The notes below the pieces were generated by a model. The model saw nothing but the letters and a program-made list of their open reading frames with translations. It was not told the DNA's origin and ran no database searches. From the NCBI GenBank assembly GCA_963764165.1, contig CAVXRD010000004.1:256001-320000 (forward strand): a stretch of DNA of 64,000 nucleotides. The letters run 5' to 3'. This stretch comes from an uncultured Verrucomicrobiae bacterium (lineage in GTDB: Bacteria > Verrucomicrobiota > Verrucomicrobiia > Limisphaerales > Palsa-1400). The translations under genes were made by a program, and so were the position numbers. Positions 1 to 8,890 of the stretch are shown piece by piece. Numbering within the stretch: the first letter of the stretch is position 1; every line of letters starts with the position of its first letter.

Positions 1-139
1 AACTCAATTGCGCGCGCGGGACTCGCGGCTCGCGCTTGAGATTGGCGATGACGCTGCGCGAGAACGTTTCCGCTGATTCCTCGGAAACCGGCGGTGTTTT
101 CGCGTTGCGCAGAATTTTATCAAGTTCGCTGTTATTCAT
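1..139 (-). CDS. 5' part of a putative anti-sigma factor (runs off the window)
   Basis: ATG at 139 overlaps the end of the ECF sigma gene. Reads MNNSELDKILRNAKTPPVSEESAETFSRSVIANLKRE with no stop before the window edge. Confidence 0.6.
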   Translation of the reverse strand, partial: MNNSELDKILRNAKTPPVSEESAETFSRSVIANLKREPRVPRAQLS

Positions 140-692
140 GAGTCGCTGATTTCAGCAGCCGTTTCAACTTTCGCCGGGCGGCAAAGATGCGCCAGGAAAC
201 GGTTGTTTCCGAACAGCCAAGCGCCTTCGCCGCCTCGGCATGGCTTTGATTATGATATACTGTCAGCACGACGGCGGCGCGCTGCTTGGCGGGAAGCTTA
301 TCAAGCGCCGCCTGCACGCGCCGGGACAACTCATCAGGAAATGCGTCGCCGGCATTTGTCTGAGCGGCCGTTTCGACCGACCATTGCGAATAAATTTCAG
401 CGCGCCGTTTCTCACGGCGTTTCCAGTCCAGGCTCAAGTTGATGGCAATTTTGCAAAGCCAGGTGGAGAACCTGGCTTCGCCGCCAAAGGAAGCGAGCTG
501 GCGAAAAGCGCGGATGAACGCTTCTTGCGCCAGTTCCTCGGCGTCGCTCATCGAGCCGGTCATGCGGAATGCCACAGTTCGCACCATGAGTTGATGTTGA
601 TTGACCAGCGCGGCAAAGGCATCAGCGTCGCCTGCAAGGCTAAGTTCAATCAGCTTGGAATCGTTGTCGCCGGCTGCGCCAATGTGCGCCAT
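132..692 (-). CDS. ECF-type RNA polymerase sigma-70 factor
   Basis: Region 2 (DAEELAQEAFIRAF, FSTWL) and region 4 (LPAKQRAAVVL...HAEAAKALGCSETTVSWRIFAARRKL). Start taken at MAHIGAAG (692). Confidence 0.93.
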   Translation of the reverse strand: MAHIGAAGDNDSKLIELSLAGDADAFAALVNQHQLMVRTVAFRMTGSMSDAEELAQEAFIRAFRQLASFGGEARFSTWLCKIAINLSLDWKRREKRRAEIYSQWSVETAAQTNAGDAFPDELSRRVQAALDKLPAKQRAAVVLTVYHNQSHAEAAKALGCSETTVSWRIFAARRKLKRLLKSATHE

Positions 693-900
693 TTTCAACC
701 GTGTGACGGGTGTCGCCGGCAAATCCTTTGAAATAAATTTCAACCTTGTTGGTATAGGGGAAAAGACGTTGAATGGGAATACCAACGAATCGGAGGAGAA
801 AATTGCAGCAGCGCCGTGGGCGCGAAATCTTTTTGGAACAGCGCTCCTCTGAAATCCAAGCCCCGCAGAGGCGATATCTGATTGCGCGGCGGTCGGGCGT

Positions 901-3900
901 CTATCGAGGCGGACCGAGAATCTGGGCGACTTTCGCCTTGATTTCCGGTCCGTGCAGATCTCTGGCGACAATTCTGCCCGCCGGGCCAATCAGAAAAACT
1001 GCTGGAATGTCCTGCACGCCATACTTGTCCGGCAAGGCGGTCTTGGTTCGTTCTCCGAGGAATCCTTGGGTCCATTTTATGCCGCGCTCTTCGACAAGTT
1101 TCTGCGCCGTCGCGGGATCGGCGTCGAGGCTTAAACTCAGCATCGCGAAACCCGGCTTTGATCCATACGATTTCCATGTGTCCTCCAAGTCTGCCAGTTC
1201 CGCCACAGACGGACCGCTCGACGCCGCCCAAAAATCGAGAATCAGATACTTGCCGCGGAAATCCCGAAGCCGAAGAGTCCGGCCATCCAGTGTCTTAATT
1301 TCAAAGTCCGGCGCTGGAGGACGAGCGGGCGAGATGGTGGAATTGCCCGTGGAACGAACGACCGACAGTTCCCTGGTTCCCAAGTCGATTGGCTGGTCGA
1401 GAAGCTCCGCCGTGACGGGAGGCACTTCGACAACCTCCGTGATTGTTCCGATGAGCGGCCCGACGCCAAACGACTGCAGCGGCGAATCACGAAATTGAAG
1501 CGACAACACATAATTTCCCGCCTCGACGTCGTCGACACGGAACGAACCATCTGGACCGAATTGAACTCCATAGTATCGCGGAGCGGTGGCGCTGCTTTTG
1601 GAACTGAACAAAGACTCGATGATGGACTTTTGAGGCGGCTGCAAAGTGAGCGAGAAGTAACCCAAATTCCAATCCTTGATGCGGCCTGGCTCACTGGTTG
1701 TCACCTTGCCGATAATGGAGCGGCCTTTTCCACCGTAATTCACATGTGTTACCTCGCCGCTCTTTATTTCAAGCGGCTGGATGTGGCTCCATCCCCACCA
1801 CTGCTTCCCCTGCGGGTAGAGCCTGACCAGGGATTGAGCACCGGGTGGAACGTTGGAAATAACTAGATGGCCTCGGCCATCCGCTTGCGCCTTGTACTGG
1901 TCAAAATTGTATTGCAGGCGCATTCCTTCGCCCGAGGCGGTAACCAGGACCATTTGGTGTGCGGCTGGATGGCTGCCATTTTGAACGGTGCAGTCGAGGA
2001 TGCCCCATGGTTGAAGCGTTAACGCATGTTTTCCCGTGGGCGCCGCCAGCGGGATTTCAGCATAGCCATCGGGGCCGGCCGCGGCGAGGCGCACCGCATA
2101 ATTGGCGGCCAGCGCGAATTTTCCGTCCGCATCCGTGATGGCCACACTGTCGGTTCCGAGCCGGCCAACGGAGGCGGTAATCCGCCCGTCCCTCAATTCC
2201 ATTGCCGTATCGCCGGTGATTAATGCCACTGACACTCCGGCGGCAGGCTTGCCGTCCGCCCGCGTTACGACGCCGGACGGCCCCTCGCCTTTCACGAGTT
2301 CGAAATTATACAACGTTGCGCCAGCGGCCCTTAATTTCGGCGAAGTCTTTGGCAAATAGCCCGACGCCTCCGCCAGGAGCTGAATGGAATCGCCGTCGGT
2401 CTGCTGGTCTTCGATGGCGTAGTGCCCGTTGTCGCCAAGGTTCGAGTGATACCGTTCCCAATTCACCGCCCCGCCTCCATAGTCGCGGCCAATCGTAATT
2501 CGGAATTGTGGAACCGGCTGTTTGGTCTGCGCATCAACAACCGCGCCGCTAAAACGCGAGCCGGCAGCCATGCCGACCCTGAATGAACCGGCCCGCGCGG
2601 GAGCGCTTTTCGCCAGGGCGATCTCACCCGAGTCGCCCGGGGGCAATTCCCGTTTCAGGGGATCAAATCCGTCCTTGCTGAAATAATAGGTGGCGCTTTC
2701 CGCAGGAGCCGCGTTCCAATTAAAGACGCCATTGCTGTCGGTTTGGGTGGACCATTTTGGAAAGGGCGCACCCGACCACGATTGCAGCGCGACGGTGACG
2801 CCCGCCAGCGGCTTTTTGTCGCTGTCAATAATACGGCCTTTAAGAGAATGGCCGGGCGAAAGCTTGACAGTGACCGGCTTGAGGTTCTCATCAAATGTCA
2901 CCGCGTTTGATTTCGGGCCAAAATTTTCCGCGGCCGCAAAGATTGCTCCCTGGCCCGTCGCGGCGATGACGAACCTAAACCGGCCAGCGGAATCTGTGTT
3001 CGTCACTCGGTTGACCGGCAACTCCACCGGCTGCTGGAATAAAACACTGGCTCCAGCCAGCGCTTTTCCTGTGTCATCCGTGACCACCCCAGTGACGACC
3101 GCCGCCGGATTCATCACCATGATTGCGCTCAAGGCAGAGAGGTCCGCTTTCGAAACTTCGCCGGCATTTGGTGGCTCGGAAGTCGCCAACTCATATTGCG
3201 TCGGTCGAAAATCCGGCTGGCTCAACTCGAACGTCACGGATTTGAAGTTCAACGGCAGTCCTCCGTTCGTCCACTTCCCAGCGGCATCCGTGGTGACTTT
3301 TCCAACTTCCACATCGACAAATTCTCCGGCGGCATTGCGCTGGATGGCGGTGAGAGTGACGGTGACGCCGGGAATTGGATTGCCAGCAGGGTCGCGGACG
3401 ATCCCGCCAACGAGCGCCCCCTTCTCCAATTTGGCCAGCCATGAGCCAGGAACATCGTTGTTGGTCCATTCGATTTGCTGCGTCCCGTAACCTGCCGCGC
3501 CGATGCGCAACGCGAGGGTCGGTTGCTCTTTGGCGGCCAGGTTGATTTCACATTGGCCGTTGGTGTCCGATTTCCAATCGCGCGGCGGCAGCGCCAGGTG
3601 CATGGACTTCATTTTGGAAGTTTGAATGTCCGCGCCGATAACAGGCGTTCCGGTGGCGGCGTCCACGACAGTCAAATGCATTTTCCTTGAATCTTTCGGT
3701 CCAGGGCCAGGGCCAAGGCGTGTCATCAGCTCGCGGGTGTTGGAATCCTGCTCCCAATAAAGGTCGGTTTGATAGATGTCGCCGGAATAACTCAAATTCA
3801 AGACGCGCCGGTGCAAATGGCAGCGGAGGATCGGAATCACAGGGCCATACTCCTGCATCTGGATATCCTTCTTGCGCCGCATGGTCAGTTCGACGCCATC

Positions 3901-4317
3901 TTCGTCCTTCTCTCCCGCGTCGGCGTCGCTGAATTCGTAAATGTAGGAGCTGGCCATTTTCGGATCGTAATTGGCCCATAGCGCGGAGCGGTGCGTGCGA
4001 ATTTCTACCGGCGACATCAGAACGCCCGGGTCGGAAAGATATTCCGGAAAGAGATCGGAAAGCCATTTCGGCAAATCGCCGGTTTTCCTTTTGTAAGCCT
4101 GCATCGCGTCGAAGATTTTGCGGAAGTGCTGCTTGTCAATTTCCAGTTCCTGCTCCTCCAGGTTTTGCGAATCGTCGGCGGGCGCTTGCTGCGCGCGAGC
4201 CGGCCAATGGGAAACACAACAAAAACAGATGGCGGCAAGTAGAATGAGCAAACGCGGCGCCCTGCTCCATTTCGATTGTGTGAAGTTCATCGTCATCTTT
4301 TGCGGCATTTGATTCAA
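901..4317 (-). CDS. Large exported protein: signal peptide, pilin-like helix motif, repeated carboxypeptidase-regulatory-like beta-sandwiches, C-terminal TlpA/redoxin domain
   Basis: N-terminal hydrophobic signal; repeats of GxVxDxxGxPxxGxxV...TDxxGxF; C-terminal PAPDFEIKTLDG...GKYLILDFWAASSGPS. Confidence 0.88.
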   Translation of the reverse strand: MNQMPQKMTMNFTQSKWSRAPRLLILLAAICFCCVSHWPARAQQAPADDSQNLEEQELEIDKQHFRKIFDAMQAYKRKTGDLPKWLSDLFPEYLSDPGVLMSPVEIRTHRSALWANYDPKMASSYIYEFSDADAGEKDEDGVELTMRRKKDIQMQEYGPVIPILRCHLHRRVLNLSYSGDIYQTDLYWEQDSNTRELMTRLGPGPGPKDSRKMHLTVVDAATGTPVIGADIQTSKMKSMHLALPPRDWKSDTNGQCEINLAAKEQPTLALRIGAAGYGTQQIEWTNNDVPGSWLAKLEKGALVGGIVRDPAGNPIPGVTVTLTAIQRNAAGEFVDVEVGKVTTDAAGKWTNGGLPLNFKSVTFELSQPDFRPTQYELATSEPPNAGEVSKADLSALSAIMVMNPAAVVTGVVTDDTGKALAGASVLFQQPVELPVNRVTNTDSAGRFRFVIAATGQGAIFAAAENFGPKSNAVTFDENLKPVTVKLSPGHSLKGRIIDSDKKPLAGVTVALQSWSGAPFPKWSTQTDSNGVFNWNAAPAESATYYFSKDGFDPLKRELPPGDSGEIALAKSAPARAGSFRVGMAAGSRFSGAVVDAQTKQPVPQFRITIGRDYGGGAVNWERYHSNLGDNGHYAIEDQQTDGDSIQLLAEASGYLPKTSPKLRAAGATLYNFELVKGEGPSGVVTRADGKPAAGVSVALITGDTAMELRDGRITASVGRLGTDSVAITDADGKFALAANYAVRLAAAGPDGYAEIPLAAPTGKHALTLQPWGILDCTVQNGSHPAAHQMVLVTASGEGMRLQYNFDQYKAQADGRGHLVISNVPPGAQSLVRLYPQGKQWWGWSHIQPLEIKSGEVTHVNYGGKGRSIIGKVTTSEPGRIKDWNLGYFSLTLQPPQKSIIESLFSSKSSATAPRYYGVQFGPDGSFRVDDVEAGNYVLSLQFRDSPLQSFGVGPLIGTITEVVEVPPVTAELLDQPIDLGTRELSVVRSTGNSTISPARPPAPDFEIKTLDGRTLRLRDFRGKYLILDFWAASSGPSVAELADLEDTWKSYGSKPGFAMLSLSLDADPATAQKLVEERGIKWTQGFLGERTKTALPDKYGVQDIPAVFLIGPAGRIVARDLHGPEIKAKVAQILGPPR

Positions 4318-4318
4318 C

Positions 4319-6325
4319 TCACGACATTCCGCGCAGGCGGCGGATACCCCACTCGATTGTCAGCAATCCGATGATGGTTCCCAGGCACCAGGACTTGTCC
4401 CAAACGGGCGACTTCCGGTATTCGACGCTTGAAGGCTTGGAACCGCTCAAGGCCTGGGCCATCGCCGCTGCGTTGTTCGTGCCGGGTGAGAAAACCTGCC
4501 CGCCCGACCAGCGGGAGATCGCAGCCAACGCGTCCGGCTTCACGCGAATGTCGGCCATTTCGCGATCCACGTCCTCGCCGATCAGGATTTGCTGGTCTTC
4601 GGCGGTTTTTCCGTCCGCAAACGCGGCGGTCGCCTGAAGGCGGTATTTCCCGGCGGAAGGCAGCTTAACGCTGGCCTGGTAGCATCGCTGCTCCTCCGAA
4701 TAAATCGCGCGCACCCTTTGCACTTCCGCGGTCTCACTCCACAAATGCAGCGTGACTTCCGCATCGGCTGTTTCCTGGCCGCCGCGATTGGCGGCCCGCA
4801 CCCGCACTGGAATATCCAAATTCGGCGCGCCGTAGGTCTGCGCCACATCGATGCCAACAAGGTCGGCCTCGAAATCAAACCGGTGCGCGGCGAGCCAGCG
4901 GACGGAGTTCAGCCAGAATTGCTTGAAATAGCGGGCGTCGCAATTGGCTTCAGAAATGCGCTGGTTGGGATCTATTTTTTCGCCCCAAATTGTTTCAAAC
5001 CATTCCCCCCACAGGTAAGTCGTGTCCGTTGTCAAAGCCATGGTGCGCCCGCGCCCGACTTCCTGAGTGGCGAGGATGATGGCGGGGCCGTAGTCGGTGC
5101 GGTCGGTGGGATGCTCGAGCAAAACGGTGGCGCCGGGCTTGGCGCGGTCGCATCGGTTGTATCCTTGCAGAGGGGGGAATTTGGTGGTCCAAATCGCGCG
5201 ATTTTCATCGGGATCGCCGCTGATGCGCATGATGGGATGCGCCCAGGCATTGTCCGCCACGCGGGGTTGGAAGGTGTTTTCAGTCAAGTCCGCCTCACGC
5301 TCCATTCCGACGGGAATCAGGTTGTCAATCATCGTGTGCTGGTAGCCGCCCGCGCCAAAAGAGGTGTGGCCGCCCACCATCGCGAAACCGCCGCCGAATT
5401 CCGTGACAAAACGCTCGGTGGCCTTGATCTGCTCAGGGGTGAAATCCGACGTTGCAACGTCGCTGAATATGACAACTTGGTATTTGAGCAGTTCCTCCAG
5501 CGTCCGCGGATAACCCTGGGTGGGGTGCCCGACGCGGTAAATTTTGTCACCGTTCTTCGACACGATCCTTCGCTCCACCAAAACCTTGCCGTCTTTTAGA
5601 ATTCGCAATGGGACGGATTTGCCAGCAAAACCGGAAGATCGCAATTTCACCACAGCCTTCGCCGTCGATTGGCTCAGCAACGCCCGCCGAACTTGAACAT
5701 TTTCCACGACGATGTCCGGCGGCTCGTTTGAACTGCCGATGACGACGGTGTGAACCGGAATTTTCCTTTCGCCAAAGGTCCGGGCGATGGACTCCGCGCT
5801 TTTCATGGAATTGTCTTCCCCGTCCGAAAGAAGAACCACGCTGGCTGGCGCATCCTGGCTGGTCATGGTGGCCAGGTTTTCGAGCGACGTGGCGTAAGCC
5901 GTTTGATTTCCATCAGCCACGACCTTTTCAAGATCGCCGCGATTGCTGAGCGGAAAGGCGTTGCTGTTGAATCCGAAATAGGAAACTTGAAAATTGGGGG
6001 GCGTTTTCAGTTCCTTTTTCAACCAGTCTTGGGCGAGCTTTAACCGGGTGCCCCCCTGCTCTTCCCAGCCCATGCTCCGCGATGTATCCACCATCACCGC
6101 CACGCATGACGGCTGATAGTGGCGGAACTCTTCCACCCGCTCCGGGTCCAGCAGGCAAACAACTAATGAGGCCACGCTGAGCAAACGCAGGGCAAACAAC
6201 GCGAAGCGCCACCCGGCCGCGCTTCCGCCGCGAGCTTTGGCGTAGCTCAAGCCAATCACTCCGACCGCCATCACACTTCCCGCCAGCCACCAGCGCCAAT
6301 CCAGTTTGTAGGAAAATTCGATCAC
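4319..6325 (-). CDS. Membrane vWA + glutamine-amidotransferase-like (DUF1355-type) domain protein
   Basis: N-terminal TMs, DTSRSM MIDAS, LLSDGEDN, GGGFAMVGGHTSFGAGGY, C-terminal TM LLTIEWGIRR; typical member of moxR operons. Confidence 0.85.
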   Translation of the reverse strand: MIEFSYKLDWRWWLAGSVMAVGVIGLSYAKARGGSAAGWRFALFALRLLSVASLVVCLLDPERVEEFRHYQPSCVAVMVDTSRSMGWEEQGGTRLKLAQDWLKKELKTPPNFQVSYFGFNSNAFPLSNRGDLEKVVADGNQTAYATSLENLATMTSQDAPASVVLLSDGEDNSMKSAESIARTFGERKIPVHTVVIGSSNEPPDIVVENVQVRRALLSQSTAKAVVKLRSSGFAGKSVPLRILKDGKVLVERRIVSKNGDKIYRVGHPTQGYPRTLEELLKYQVVIFSDVATSDFTPEQIKATERFVTEFGGGFAMVGGHTSFGAGGYQHTMIDNLIPVGMEREADLTENTFQPRVADNAWAHPIMRISGDPDENRAIWTTKFPPLQGYNRCDRAKPGATVLLEHPTDRTDYGPAIILATQEVGRGRTMALTTDTTYLWGEWFETIWGEKIDPNQRISEANCDARYFKQFWLNSVRWLAAHRFDFEADLVGIDVAQTYGAPNLDIPVRVRAANRGGQETADAEVTLHLWSETAEVQRVRAIYSEEQRCYQASVKLPSAGKYRLQATAAFADGKTAEDQQILIGEDVDREMADIRVKPDALAAISRWSGGQVFSPGTNNAAAMAQALSGSKPSSVEYRKSPVWDKSWCLGTIIGLLTIEWGIRRLRGMS

Positions 6326-6349
6326 GATCTTGCTGACAAACGTGGTACG

Positions 6350-8872
6350 CTATTGCGCGTAGGACAATCGGCGCAAGTAATCGGAGATCATCGACTGAAA
6401 TTCCTTGGGGTATTCTTCGGTGGCCATGTCGGTGGCGCGTGTATTATCGTAGAGCAACTGCTCAAGCTCGTTGATGACGGACGACAGGCTGGATAATCCC
6501 AGCCCGGCGGATTGCATCGCTGAATTCGGCTTCCCTTTGGCGATTTGATTCGCCGCATCAGCCATGTGGCCCGCAGCCGCTTTCATTCCCTGGTTCAACG
6601 CCCCGCTGACACGCGGATCCTTGCCGGACAATTCGCGCAGCTTCTCGGCCAGCGCGTTCGCCTCTTCGCTCAACTGCTTTTGTTGTTCGTCCAATTGGGG
6701 GTTTTCGCTTTTGCCCGCAATATTGTTGGTTGCGTCGTTCGCTTCCGGCGGTTCAGTTGAACTTCCGCTCGCGCCGGTTTTGCCACCGTTGCTCTTGGCG
6801 GCCTTTGCGACGGCAGGCGGTTTGTTGGGATTTTCCGCGTTGGGCTTGCCGCCGGGCTTATTCTCGGGCGATTTTCGGTAAATATCCGCCAGCGCGGCTT
6901 GCTCGGACGCGAGCTTCTTGGCCGCCGCAATGATTTTTGGCAATTCCTGCTGGCGATCCTTCTTCTGGCTTTCCTTTAATTTCTCGATGGCTTCCAAAAC
7001 AATTTTGATGCCCTTGCACTCGCCGCCCTTGCACATGCCCGCTTCCAACTCCGGGAGCAAGCGTGTCACTTGATACAGATGCTCAAGCGCGTCGTTTTCG
7101 GCAATGAGAGCGGCGGGGCGTTTGGCATCATCCAATTTCTCGGAGGCTTCGTTCATGCAGGCGATGGCGTCGCCAAATTCCGTTTTTGCCTCGGGCGGCG
7201 ACACGCTCAGAAGAAATGAATCCCGAAAGATCTCAGCATAAGCCTTGGTCTGCCGTTGAATGGCGGCGACGGTGGGCAATTTGTCTTCGATATCTTTCTC
7301 CTCCACTGCCGTCGTCGCGGCGATGATCTGCTTCTCGAGAACAAGCAGATTGATTTTTTGGCAGGCCCCATGGCACTCAGACAACGGTTCGCCTTTGGTG
7401 GTGTATTCGACAAAGTAAACTGGAGATTTGCCGATGCCGGGGCCATCCAGCGTGTTGTTGTCCTTCGCTTCTGCGTGATAAGCGACCACCTCGTATTCGC
7501 TCAGACGGAGAGGCGCGAGATCAATGACCGCTTCGGCTGTGGCCTCCTTTTCCTCGGTTTGAATCTTCGGGCAAACAATGGTCTGCTCCTTGCCGTTCAG
7601 TTTCTGGAAAACCAGCTTGATTTCGCCGACTCCGAAATCGTCTGTCACAGAAATTTTCAACGCAACTTTGTTGGTCGGATCGGCCCGTGTGTCCATGCCG
7701 GGGTCAAGAATCTCGACCTTGGGAGGCTCGTCCGGAAGGACTTGGATGTGATACGGAGTGACGTTGCCGCCCTTGTGCCCTTCGTTGTCCGCCATTTCCA
7801 CCCAGTAATAAAGATCGTTGGTCGCCTTCACGCTGCCCGTCCAGACATTGTCGGCGCCAGCAGCCAGATCAACCTTGGAATCGTTGGCAAAGCGCAACCG
7901 CGCTGTGGCAACCTTTGGCGTGCTGGTGATCCGAAACGTCAAATCGCTCGCCCGCAAAACGCTCAAACTAGGATTGCTCTGCTCGATGACGGGAGTCTTG
8001 GTGTAGGCTGGCTGGCGAACGCTTAATTTGAAATCCTTGATCTCGGGTGGAATGTAGGTTTTGACCGTGAATTCCGGAGAGACAGCATCGCTTCCGGTGA
8101 CCTGGTATTTGAGCGGCGCGCGCACATTTTGGAGCAGCGATTCAAAATTTCCATTGGTATCCTTCGACATTGGCACCGTGTGCCATTTGCTGTTGGAGGC
8201 TTCCCGCCAGCGCAAACGCGCGTCTTTCGGAAGGCGGCCGGAGAAGACAGTTTGGACGGACTGATTTTCCCCCGCGCGAATCTCGGCATCGCCCGGCTTG
8301 ACCGCGACGCGCGTGTACGTTTTTCCCGACCACGGCGCGGTAACGCGGGCCAGTGCGGTGAGTGAATCAGGATCGAATACAACAAACAGCAAGCACGCCA
8401 TTGCAACGGCAGCCAGCGAGCCGCCCGAGATGGCAAGCTTCCGGTAGTAATTGGTTTCCACCACCAACAGGCGTTTGGCGGCCTGTTCCTGCAACGCTTC
8501 CACCAACTCCGGCTCAAATTTTTGCGATGCGGTGCGCCCGCCTTCCAGATATTCGGCGGCAGTCGACACGACGCAGCCCAGCTCGGGGCGCTGATTCTCC
8601 AATTCGAGCGCGACTTGTTTGGCGCTCGTCGGATGGCGGAGCAGTTGCCACAAGCGCACGCAGCCGAAGAGAATAATCAGGCCCAGCCCGCCGATGCCGA
8701 CGAGGCGGGCAGGCACTGGCAATTGCCACCAGTAATCTCCCACGGCAATTGCCAGCACGAATCCGAGCACCACCGCGCCCAGGCTGGCCGCAAAAGCAAG
8801 ACGCCGCGCGCGATCCTTTGCGACCCGCGCTGTCGCCAGCCTGTCTGCGTTGTATTGCAAATGTTTGTTCAT
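6350..8872 (-). CDS. DUF4175-like membrane protein with coiled-coil C-terminus
   Basis: N-terminal TMs, DEPPKVEI / TDDFGV / AEAKDNN motifs, terminal YPKEFQSMISDYLRRL. Confidence 0.8.
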   Translation of the reverse strand: MNKHLQYNADRLATARVAKDRARRLAFAASLGAVVLGFVLAIAVGDYWWQLPVPARLVGIGGLGLIILFGCVRLWQLLRHPTSAKQVALELENQRPELGCVVSTAAEYLEGGRTASQKFEPELVEALQEQAAKRLLVVETNYYRKLAISGGSLAAVAMACLLFVVFDPDSLTALARVTAPWSGKTYTRVAVKPGDAEIRAGENQSVQTVFSGRLPKDARLRWREASNSKWHTVPMSKDTNGNFESLLQNVRAPLKYQVTGSDAVSPEFTVKTYIPPEIKDFKLSVRQPAYTKTPVIEQSNPSLSVLRASDLTFRITSTPKVATARLRFANDSKVDLAAGADNVWTGSVKATNDLYYWVEMADNEGHKGGNVTPYHIQVLPDEPPKVEILDPGMDTRADPTNKVALKISVTDDFGVGEIKLVFQKLNGKEQTIVCPKIQTEEKEATAEAVIDLAPLRLSEYEVVAYHAEAKDNNTLDGPGIGKSPVYFVEYTTKGEPLSECHGACQKINLLVLEKQIIAATTAVEEKDIEDKLPTVAAIQRQTKAYAEIFRDSFLLSVSPPEAKTEFGDAIACMNEASEKLDDAKRPAALIAENDALEHLYQVTRLLPELEAGMCKGGECKGIKIVLEAIEKLKESQKKDRQQELPKIIAAAKKLASEQAALADIYRKSPENKPGGKPNAENPNKPPAVAKAAKSNGGKTGASGSSTEPPEANDATNNIAGKSENPQLDEQQKQLSEEANALAEKLRELSGKDPRVSGALNQGMKAAAGHMADAANQIAKGKPNSAMQSAGLGLSSLSSVINELEQLLYDNTRATDMATEEYPKEFQSMISDYLRRLSYAQ

Positions 8873-8890
8873 ACTCAGCCTTTCATATTG

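Noticed and set aside
692..989. N-terminal extension of the sigma ORF to 989
   Set aside because: It overlaps the upstream gene and has no sigma similarity; the start at 692 is preferred.
4589..5599. Long + strand ORF (336 aa)
   Set aside because: Antisense shadow of the vWA/GATase gene, expected at high GC.
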